The translations under genes and the position numbers were made by a program. The notes under the pieces were generated by a model. That model was not told where the DNA came from, did no database searches, and saw only the letters and a list, made by a program, of their open reading frames with translations. A stretch of 35,139 nt of DNA from a virus (Duplodnaviria; Caudoviricetes), in IMG/VR virus record IMGVR_UViG_3300012940_000060, positions 1 through 35,139 of that record, one strand, 5' to 3'. Positions 1 through 7,703 of the stretch are shown one piece after another (position 1 is the first letter of the stretch; each line of letters opens with the position of its first letter).

Positions 1-38
1 GATGGCGCACGCCATCGGTCCGTTGTCTTGATGCTCAT
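1..38 (-). CDS. 5' end of a gene running off the window (MSIKTTDRWRAP...); position suggests lysis module
   Basis: ATG at 38 overlaps the TGA of the 35..421 gene (ATGA coupling); only 12 codons are visible. Confidence 0.45.
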   Translation of the reverse strand, partial: MSIKTTDRWRAP

Positions 39-421
39 GTCTCATCCTTCCTGGAGCGCCGGCGTCGTCGCCACGCTCGCCAGAACATCCACTCGTCGTG
101 AATGGCGAGTACGAGATACGCGAGGCCGATCGGGAATCCGATCAGCGCCCCCAATCCGAGCCAGCCGCGCGCGAAGTCCAGCGCTCCCTCTGGCGCGGTC
201 CACACGCCCCAATAGTTCGGGGCGAGCAGACCGAAATAGAGCGAGACCGCGAGCGTGACGATCAGCTCGGAGACGACCAGGGAATCCTTGTGGCCACGGA
301 TTGCACGGATCGCGATGGTCAATGCGTGCACGAGGAGGAACGCGGCAGCGAACGTGAACACGCCGGCTCGGAGGACGATCCGCCGAAACTCCGGGTCGTT
401 GAAATCCAGCCACTGCATCAT
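35..421 (-). CDS. Membrane protein with about 3 TM helices, possibly holin-like
   Basis: Three hydrophobic stretches and a basic C-terminus (WRRRRRSRK); overlap-coupled to neighbours; downstream of tail fibre. Confidence 0.6.
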   Translation of the reverse strand: MMQWLDFNDPEFRRIVLRAGVFTFAAAFLLVHALTIAIRAIRGHKDSLVVSELIVTLAVSLYFGLLAPNYWGVWTAPEGALDFARGWLGLGALIGFPIGLAYLVLAIHDEWMFWRAWRRRRRSRKDET

Positions 422-675
422 GTGTCCCTCCGCCCTCGCCCTCGGTAGATCCGTACGTCCGGGTCGTAGGTCCCGCGCACGAGATCGATCGTCGGCATGC
501 CCGTCGGCCCCATCGGCCGCTCATCCCGTTCGCGACGGATGCGCGCCTTCGCCGCGATCGCCGCCTCCAGTTGCTCTCGGCCGAACTGTTCGGCCTCCTC
601 CATCCGAGCCGCGAACTCCTCGTCGCGGAGAGCACGGCGGGAGGAGATCAGATCCCGGAGCTTGCTCAAGATCAC
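418..675 (-). CDS. Hypothetical protein (85 aa, helical)
   Basis: GTG at 675 overlaps the stop of the upstream gene (GTGA), with GGAGGT upstream; 3' part of ORF 418..954. Confidence 0.6.
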   Translation of the reverse strand: MILSKLRDLISSRRALRDEEFAARMEEAEQFGREQLEAAIAAKARIRRERDERPMGPTGMPTIDLVRGTYDPDVRIYRGRGRRDT

Positions 676-923
676 CGGTCCACCTCCATCCCCCGCGCGA
701 TGAACGTCATCGCCGTCGATCGCCAGTAGTCGCGGTCCTCCGTCATCTCGCCGAGCTCTTCGTTCTTCTTCTCCAGCGCCTCCTTCATGGTCTCGACCGC
801 GCTGTCCGCCTTCTGCTTCGCGCTGGACAATTCGGAGCGCGCGTCCCGCCGCTCGATCCACCAGCGGAGCGTCTGACCCAGCGTGGTCAGCAGGAGCACG
901 AGCTCCGTTGGCGTCATACCCAT
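672..923 (-). CDS. Small protein with N-terminal hydrophobic segment and coiled coil (lysis-region membrane protein)
   Basis: LVLLLTTLGQTLRWWI followed by a heptad-rich charged helix; GGAG upstream. Confidence 0.65.
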   Translation of the reverse strand: MGMTPTELVLLLTTLGQTLRWWIERRDARSELSSAKQKADSAVETMKEALEKKNEELGEMTEDRDYWRSTAMTFIARGMEVDR

Positions 924-981
924 CACTCACTCCGTCCCATCGCCTCGTCGCCATCGCTCATCTCCCGTCTCCGCCGGCGGG

Positions 982-1266
982 CTACTCCGCCCCCGGATGC
1001 TCGAGCGCGCGGATGTAGTCGCGGGCGTTCCGGATCGCGGTCTCCAGCGCGAGGTCCGGATCCTGGGCGTAGCCTCCGACCTCGGCGAGCGCCCGCCCGA
1101 ACTCGTCGTGCCGCTGAATGAGGAACTGGTGATAGATCTCCTCCTGTCCGGGCTGTGTCGCTTGGTTGTGGATCAGCACGTAGCCCTCCGCCCCCTCCGA
1201 CCAGGCCGGAATGTCCTCGGGAAGCTCGTAGGTCGGCGCATCATTGATCTGCGTGTCATCACTCAT
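982..1266 (-). CDS. Hypothetical acidic protein (94 aa), possibly tail-fibre associated
   Basis: ATG at 1266 shortly after the fibre stop, AAGGG upstream; 3' part of ORF 982..1446. Confidence 0.65.
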   Translation of the reverse strand: MSDDTQINDAPTYELPEDIPAWSEGAEGYVLIHNQATQPGQEEIYHQFLIQRHDEFGRALAEVGGYAQDPDLALETAIRNARDYIRALEHPGAE

Positions 1267-1280
1267 GGTTCGTGCCCTTT

Positions 1281-3986
1281 CTATGAAGCCGGAACGGCCC
1301 AGACGGTGAGATAGCCCTCCTGAAAATTCGAGATGGCCCCGGAATAGCTCCAGGCGCGCACCACGATGTCGGCGTTGGTTGCGCCAGAGAGAGCGCGCAT
1401 GAACGTCACCGAATACGGCGACGGCACGCCGCCGACGTTGTCCCAATCCATCGTTTGCTCGGGGTAGGTAGCCGAACCGCCCATGCGGAGGCCGAGCCGG
1501 GCGATGCCGTTGTCGCCATTGCTCATCACCGCGACGTCAGCCCGGCAGTACACGAAGTACGTCTTGGTCGAATCGAAACCGCTGGCATTGAACGTCAGCA
1601 GGGTGCGCGGCGAGCTCGTCGAGACAGCGAGCGCGCCCGTCGCCGCGATCTTTTGCGGCGCGAAGTAGATCGCCGGGCCGATCCCGGCGTGCGTGTGATC
1701 GCCACGCGCGGCCTGATTCGTGCCCGTGCCAAAGTCCACCTCGACATCGACCTGCGACGGGATCGCCGAGGGTACGGACTGCTTGAGGCCCGTATAGAAG
1801 TTCAGGCGATCGACGTTTTCGTTCGTCACGGTCGCGCCGCTCTTGACGTAGCGCACCGTTCCGATCGCCTGCACGGCGGAGGTGAAATCGGTAATGCCCG
1901 AGGAGGTATGCGTGTGGTTGCCGCGCGGCACCTGATTCGCACCCGTCCCCCAGTCGGGCTGGATGTTGACCTGCGTCGCGATGGTGGATGAGACCGAGGC
2001 GACGATGCCCGGGTAGAACGCGAGGCGGTCGGCGTTGGTCAGTGCGACGGTCTCGTTGTTCTTCACATAGGCGACCGTCCCGATGCCGGCGTGTGTGTGA
2101 TCACCGCGCGCCGCCTGATTCGTGCCCGTGCCAAAGTCCACCGCGACATTCGCCTGACTCGAGATCGCGTTATCCTGCGCGGTCAGGAGGCCGGTGCCGA
2201 AGTTGAGTCGGTCCGCATCGCTCATCACGACCGTCGCGCCGGACTTGATGTAGCCGACGGTGCCGATCGCCTTCACCGCCGCCGTGAAATCGGAGATCTT
2301 CGACGCGGTGAGGCTCGGGATCCGCGCGACGTCGAGCGTGCCGCTTGTGATCGCGGACGCTGCATGCGTATGGCCGACGAGAGACACAGCCGTGCCGTCC
2401 CACGTCAGCGCGGCGTTGGTCGTGCCAATCGCGTGATACGCGCCGGCCGCGGCCTTGAGGCGCAGCGTGGTCGCAGCTGATGCTCCGCTCGACGGCGAGA
2501 TGCGGACCGTGTTGGCATTGAGCGCGCCGGTGTCCGTCTCGCCAGTCCCGATCTGATCGAGCAGACCGTTGCCGAGAAAGAACGATCGGAACGCGTTCTC
2601 CCCGATCGATCCGAACGGCGACACCAGGACCGATCCCGTCGAGCCGGTCGCGATATGGGGCAGGTCCGTCGGATCTTCGGGCGCGGAGACGATGACGAGA
2701 TTGCCCCCGATCGCGATCGTGTTGTCAGCTTTGGAGATCGCCCGAATCGCCGTGCTATTCGCCGGCGCGATCGCGCCGTGCGCCCCGCCGAGGCTGTCCT
2801 GCCACGCGCCGGCCGCGAAGCCGTACGTCGCGGACTGTGCGGTCGCGCCGATGGCGGTCGCACCGACCCCGATCGCCTTCGTGTTCGCTCCGACCGCCGT
2901 CTGCTGATACCCGAGAGGCCCAGAAACAGACACGGATCCTGCGGTCGCATCCACCCCGAATGCGAGACTCCGAACCCCGTACACATGGGCGCCATTGCCG
3001 ATCGCCTGAGATGCCGATGCATCGGACTCGACGATGGCTCCGACGCCAATCGCTTGCGATGACACCGCCAGCGCCTGTGCCCCGGTTCCCTGGGCAATCG
3101 CCGAGATCCCGCTCGCGATGGCGCTCACCCCCACGGCCAATGCGGACGTGGTGGCGCGTGACGCCGCGCCGATCGCCATCGCCGCCGATCCCGTCGCCTG
3201 AGCTTGCGACCCAACACTGATCGTGCCCGTCTTGCTTGCGATCGTGTCCGGGCCGATCGCGACACTCGACACGCCAGTCGCAGCCGCGGCGTCGCCAAAA
3301 GCGGAGGCCGCATCCCCAGATGCCACCGCATCCGTTCCCACGGCAGTCGAGCGCACACCCGAAGCATCGGAGCTGTCGCCATAGCGGAGGCCTTGCTGCA
3401 ACGAGGTGTTGGTCCCGACACGTGCCGGCGGCTCGCCGAGAGACACCTGACCGTAATTCGTTACCGACGTCGCGCCGGCGAACGTCGACCAGTTCCCGGC
3501 CGAGATCTCGGCGCCATCAATCGCGCGTGTCACCTGGATCTCGCCCGTCTCCACACCCGCCGCATCAAGCACGGGCGTCACCGAGAGCACCGAGGCTCCC
3601 TTGTCAGCGAGGTACTGCGTGATCTGATCGATGCGAATGGTGTCGCCGGCGGTGTAGCCCAGCGTGGTGTCGGAGAGATCGAGCGTATAGCTCGCGGTCG
3701 GCGGCGCGACGTCGGGCGGCTCGCCGGCATCGATGTCCGGCGGATCCGGGAGCGGATCGCCGGCCTCCCAGGCGATGTTGTTCCAGTAGGCGGCCCAGCT
3801 GTCGATACGATCGGGCTCGGCGTCGGCCGTCACGTTGATCTGCCACGGGTACGCGGGATCCACCGCGATCGCCGAAACGGTGATGCCGCCAGATTCGAGC
3901 CACGCCTGTAGCAGCGGGAGGTTCACCGCCTCGCCGTCGACGTAGCCAGTTCGCGTTTCGCGGAGATCGAGCGAATAATCCATCAC
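1281..3986 (-). CDS. Tail fibre / receptor-binding protein with YadA-like head repeats and His-x-His repeats
   Basis: ~14-aa repeats of type S/A-x-A-x-G-x-x-A-x-A; four HTH (HxH) motifs; repeated DFGTGTNQAARGDHTH; last large gene of the tail module. Confidence 0.8.
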   Translation of the reverse strand: MMDYSLDLRETRTGYVDGEAVNLPLLQAWLESGGITVSAIAVDPAYPWQINVTADAEPDRIDSWAAYWNNIAWEAGDPLPDPPDIDAGEPPDVAPPTASYTLDLSDTTLGYTAGDTIRIDQITQYLADKGASVLSVTPVLDAAGVETGEIQVTRAIDGAEISAGNWSTFAGATSVTNYGQVSLGEPPARVGTNTSLQQGLRYGDSSDASGVRSTAVGTDAVASGDAASAFGDAAAATGVSSVAIGPDTIASKTGTISVGSQAQATGSAAMAIGAASRATTSALAVGVSAIASGISAIAQGTGAQALAVSSQAIGVGAIVESDASASQAIGNGAHVYGVRSLAFGVDATAGSVSVSGPLGYQQTAVGANTKAIGVGATAIGATAQSATYGFAAGAWQDSLGGAHGAIAPANSTAIRAISKADNTIAIGGNLVIVSAPEDPTDLPHIATGSTGSVLVSPFGSIGENAFRSFFLGNGLLDQIGTGETDTGALNANTVRISPSSGASAATTLRLKAAAGAYHAIGTTNAALTWDGTAVSLVGHTHAASAITSGTLDVARIPSLTASKISDFTAAVKAIGTVGYIKSGATVVMSDADRLNFGTGLLTAQDNAISSQANVAVDFGTGTNQAARGDHTHAGIGTVAYVKNNETVALTNADRLAFYPGIVASVSSTIATQVNIQPDWGTGANQVPRGNHTHTSSGITDFTSAVQAIGTVRYVKSGATVTNENVDRLNFYTGLKQSVPSAIPSQVDVEVDFGTGTNQAARGDHTHAGIGPAIYFAPQKIAATGALAVSTSSPRTLLTFNASGFDSTKTYFVYCRADVAVMSNGDNGIARLGLRMGGSATYPEQTMDWDNVGGVPSPYSVTFMRALSGATNADIVVRAWSYSGAISNFQEGYLTVWAVPAS
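1680..2380 (-). repeat. Three intragenic ~60-70 aa modules ending in G(D/N)HTH
   Basis: Near-identical ~60 bp at 1680-1740 and 2081-2142 (gcctgattcgtgcccgtgccaaagtccacc); a third, diverged copy near 1910-1955. Confidence 0.85.
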
Positions 3987-3987
3987 A

Positions 3988-4764
3988 TCACCCCAGCGGG
4001 ATCTTCACGCCGGCGATCCACGCCGAGCGGATGTTGACTGAGCCCGACCCGCCGAACGCGCGCCAGCGGACGTTCACGTTCTGCTCGCTCACGGTTTCGC
4101 TTGATGACTTGATCAGAAAGGTTCGGGCGTGGATCGGCACGAGCACCTGCCACGACGTCTCGAGGCCGGCCGAGAACGCCGGCCCGATCGCACCGCTCAG
4201 GTTGTCGATCGCAGGCGAGCCCGTTGTCGTGGATCCGCCGATGCGGATGTGCGCATCCAGCTGCGTTTTGTCAGTGCCGACGCGCGCGTTGGCCACGGCC
4301 AATGCGATCACAAGCGTCGGCACGTTGGTCGGGATCCGCACCGTCGTCTTGAGCGTGGTGTCGTCCTGATAGGTGTCCTCGTCGGTGACCGGGATCGTCT
4401 TGCCCGTGAAGGTCTTCCTGCTAAAGAAGAAGCCGAAGGCGTCGTCAGGCCCGCTCGCGATGCGGCCGAGCGCGACGGGATCCCCGCTGTTGTTCGGATC
4501 GCCATAGGCTGCGGTCGCCGCGACCAGCGCCAGCCCCGCCGAGAGCGGGTGGATACTCGCGAGGCGCTTCACGCCGACGGTGCCGACCCCGAACTCGTGC
4601 GCGGCCGTCTCCTGGAGCGTCTTGCCGTCGACGTCCTCGTCGTAGCCGTCCTCCGGCAGCAGCGTCCGGCCCAGCAGCTCGACGAGCGTCAGGCCCAGCT
4701 GCCGGCGGGTCTTGTCTCCTTCGGACTTGATGGTGTCGTTGAGGCTGCGTGCGATGTCGATCAT
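3988..4764 (-). CDS. Minor tail protein
   Basis: 258 aa with beta-rich C-terminal domain, between tail hub and fibre; GAGGGA upstream. Confidence 0.65.
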   Translation of the reverse strand: MIDIARSLNDTIKSEGDKTRRQLGLTLVELLGRTLLPEDGYDEDVDGKTLQETAAHEFGVGTVGVKRLASIHPLSAGLALVAATAAYGDPNNSGDPVALGRIASGPDDAFGFFFSRKTFTGKTIPVTDEDTYQDDTTLKTTVRIPTNVPTLVIALAVANARVGTDKTQLDAHIRIGGSTTTGSPAIDNLSGAIGPAFSAGLETSWQVLVPIHARTFLIKSSSETVSEQNVNVRWRAFGGSGSVNIRSAWIAGVKIPLG

Positions 4765-4779
4765 GGTCAGCGTCCCTCG

Positions 4780-5946
4780 TCAGTTCACGTTCTGGAGCGA
4801 GGCCATCTTGCCGAGCGTCACGGTCTGTGACGGTCGTGACGTGCCCCTGCCCCAGGTGAAGGTCGTCTCGAGAACGCGCCAGTTCGCCGGCGCGGCCACG
4901 GTAATCCGGTCGTCCGTCTTGATGTCGAGTCGCCACGCCGAGTACTGGCGAAACCGGGGATCCGGCACGACGTCGAGCTGGATACGCGTGTACACGGAGC
5001 TCTTGCGCTCGAGGATCCGCTGGGCGCGCTTCTTCAGCGCCTCGAGGGTGATGTCATTGGAGTCCGCGATCTCGAATGAGTACGGCCCGATACGCGGGAT
5101 CGAGAACTCATCATTCGGATCCGTCGACTGCGCGATATAGCCGTCCTTCGCCGCCTTCACCGCGTCCACCGCGGTCGACTTGAGGTAGACGTAGTTCGCG
5201 AACGAACTCATGTCCGGCTCGACCGTGACCGTGTTGAAGATGTCGCCGAGCTCTGAGGAGATGATGCGATCGGGTTCGGCACCCGCCAGCGACGTCGCCG
5301 GCGCGGTGCTCATCGCACCGGTGTGATCGGAGTGAAGCTTCCAGAAGCCGCCGGCATCGAGGAGCTCGTTCATGTTCACGAGCAGGTTGTCGGCCGGGCG
5401 AACGGTGCGGATCTTTCCGGTGATGACCCCGCTCTTCGGGATCCGGATGCGCAGGTGCGGATCGAGATCGCCGATCAGGCGCATAGCGGCCTCGCCCGTG
5501 TCGATGCCGTAGCCGATCTTCACGGTGCGCCGCGCGGTCTGCTGCGCGACACGCCAGATCAGGTCGCGCCCCTCATACGTGTTCTCCTGCCGATTGCGCG
5601 AGTACTCGCGCCGCGGCGGAAGCGCGGTGAAAAGGCCGAGCTGTCGGCGGACGCGGTAGATGTTGCCGGCAGCGTCACGCCACTCGGTCACCCAGACCGG
5701 CGCGAGGAACTCCTGCAGACCTTGCAGGATCTCGTGCCCCTCGATCACGACCGACATCGTCCACGGCGTGTCGTCGTCCGTCTTGCAGGTCACGGAGCAG
5801 GAGATGATGCGATCGGAGATGTCGCGCTGGGTACTGTTCGCGTCGTTGGAGACGTTGCGAACGAACATCTCGCCCCACGCCTTGAGGGAGCCGCCATACG
5901 GACGGATCGGCGCGACGACCGGGGAGGCCTCAGAAACGACGATCAT
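4780..5946 (-). CDS. Tail tip / baseplate hub (Tal-like) protein
   Basis: 388 aa, second gene after tape measure; 'LGLF...YEGRDL' pattern typical of siphovirus hubs. Confidence 0.65.
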   Translation of the reverse strand: MIVVSEASPVVAPIRPYGGSLKAWGEMFVRNVSNDANSTQRDISDRIISCSVTCKTDDDTPWTMSVVIEGHEILQGLQEFLAPVWVTEWRDAAGNIYRVRRQLGLFTALPPRREYSRNRQENTYEGRDLIWRVAQQTARRTVKIGYGIDTGEAAMRLIGDLDPHLRIRIPKSGVITGKIRTVRPADNLLVNMNELLDAGGFWKLHSDHTGAMSTAPATSLAGAEPDRIISSELGDIFNTVTVEPDMSSFANYVYLKSTAVDAVKAAKDGYIAQSTDPNDEFSIPRIGPYSFEIADSNDITLEALKKRAQRILERKSSVYTRIQLDVVPDPRFRQYSAWRLDIKTDDRITVAAPANWRVLETTFTWGRGTSRPSQTVTLGKMASLQNVN

Positions 5947-7703
5947 CGCGCGCTCCCTTCGGTGAAGACGAGCGGGATGTCCGTGATCGGGAACTCTTCG
6001 CGATCGGTCTCCGACATGCTCGTGAGCGTGCCGGTGAACATGCGGCCTTGGTAATCGCGGTAGAGGTTCGGCACCGAGCTCCGGATCAGCGTCTTGAGGT
6101 TCGCTACGACCGAGGCTCGGCCGCCCATGATCGGGTCATCCCAGAGCGCGTAATAGCTCGCCGAGACCACGTGGTAGAACGTGTCGTCGCGGTGAATGAA
6201 CGGCGTCTCCTGTCCCCAGCGCTCCTGGACGACGCGGTTGAACACCGGCCGCACCTCGCGATCGCCGCGAGGAATCAGCACGACGTAGACGCGGTCGTTC
6301 TCCTCAGCCTGCGAGATCACCGTGAGACCGTGGATGCCGATCTTTCCGCCCGGCGGCCTCCACTCCTTGGCGACCGAGTAGAGCGTTTCGCCGGAGACGA
6401 GGGTGCGCACGAACAGGCCGAACACGATCGGCTGACCGAGCGGGTACTCCATCACGCGCCGGGTGAGCGTCGACTGGCTCGACGTCGACCAGATCGCCTC
6501 CTGCGATCCGTCCCACGTCTCGGACGCATAGCGCCAGCGAATCTCATACGCATCGAACTGCGCGGCCGTCGCGGTCGAGGCCGACCAGGTGAAGTCGACG
6601 TAGGAGCCGGTCTGCGACGGAGATCCCGTGAACGTCGCGACGGCCGCCGGCGGGGTGAACGCGATCGTGAAATTGCGCAGCACGAACGCCTCCTGCCCGG
6701 CCTCATTGACCACACGGAAGCCGGCGCGGAACGATCCCGCATTGTTCAGGAGGCCGCGCCGTGCGATCCGGTACTGGCGATCGCCGACCGAGCCGCTGAT
6801 GTCGCGCCGCTTGTTGCCCTCCGGATTGACGGTCGAGCCGTCCGGCCGCTCCTCGGCCGTAGCCCAGAAGTAGAGGCTCTTGTTCGTGGCGTTCGAGACA
6901 TAGTTGATCTCCTGGTAGACAATCGGACTCGAGTTCGTGTCATCGATCGCCCACTCGAAGTTCGGCATCGTCCCAGTGAACACCTGATCGGCCGTCGGCC
7001 GTGACACGGTCAGCGCCGGCGCCGCCGAATACCACCAACGCCACGCCGCGGATCGGTCAGCGAAGCGAAAACGCTGCACGTCGCCGTTAAACAGCCCGTC
7101 CTTCTTGGAGACGACCGTCCAGTACCAGTCGCCGTGCCCCGCGTTCTCGTTGGGGACATGGCCGGTGCCCTGCGTAACGATCGTGCGCGTAGTGGTGAGC
7201 GTGGTGCCGCCTGAGCCCTTCAGGGAGGATTCGGACCACCAGCCGAGCTGCGCGTCCATCAGATAGGAGAGGCCGGCGCGCTTGTTGCGCATCGTGATCG
7301 TGACACCGTTGGCCTCGACCGGACGGCCCGTCACCAGGACGTCGCCGGCGTTGAGGTCCGGCAGCTCCTCGAGCGCCGTCTGGATCTCGGCGGCCGAGGC
7401 GTTCCACGGGATCCGCGCCGCGTTGCCGAACAGGCTGATCGTGCAGTAGCCCGTCGCCGGTGTGCCGGACCATTGGAACCTCACCTTGTGCGAGGTTCCG
7501 GGTGCCTGCACGTTGAGCCGCCATTCCGCGGCGCTGCTGATGTAGGTCATCGGCGCCACCGTCAGGATCTTGCCGGCGGCCGTCATCATGACGACATAGA
7601 CGTAATCGGGCGAGTCGGTTGTCTTCGCCCGGAACGTCACGGGCAGCGACTCGACGAGATCGTTGAAGAGCGGATAGGTCCGGCTCGGGAGCACTGGCAT
7701 CAT
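5943..7703 (-). CDS. Distal tail-like protein with Ig/Fn3-like domains
   Basis: Immediately follows tape measure; IPWNASAAEIQTALEEL...GDVLVTG motif; Fn3-like 'VDFTWSAS...YEIRWR'; C-terminal LYRDYQGRMFTG. Confidence 0.65.
   Translation of the reverse strand: MMPVLPSRTYPLFNDLVESLPVTFRAKTTDSPDYVYVVMMTAAGKILTVAPMTYISSAAEWRLNVQAPGTSHKVRFQWSGTPATGYCTISLFGNAARIPWNASAAEIQTALEELPDLNAGDVLVTGRPVEANGVTITMRNKRAGLSYLMDAQLGWWSESSLKGSGGTTLTTTRTIVTQGTGHVPNENAGHGDWYWTVVSKKDGLFNGDVQRFRFADRSAAWRWWYSAAPALTVSRPTADQVFTGTMPNFEWAIDDTNSSPIVYQEINYVSNATNKSLYFWATAEERPDGSTVNPEGNKRRDISGSVGDRQYRIARRGLLNNAGSFRAGFRVVNEAGQEAFVLRNFTIAFTPPAAVATFTGSPSQTGSYVDFTWSASTATAAQFDAYEIRWRYASETWDGSQEAIWSTSSQSTLTRRVMEYPLGQPIVFGLFVRTLVSGETLYSVAKEWRPPGGKIGIHGLTVISQAEENDRVYVVLIPRGDREVRPVFNRVVQERWGQETPFIHRDDTFYHVVSASYYALWDDPIMGGRASVVANLKTLIRSSVPNLYRDYQGRMFTGTLTSMSETDREEFPITDIPLVFTEGSAR

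Noticed and set aside
1281-2380. Diversity-generating retroelement or invertible tail-fibre cassette
   Set aside because: No reverse transcriptase or invertase in the window; repeat differences are synonymous-type, not adenine-specific
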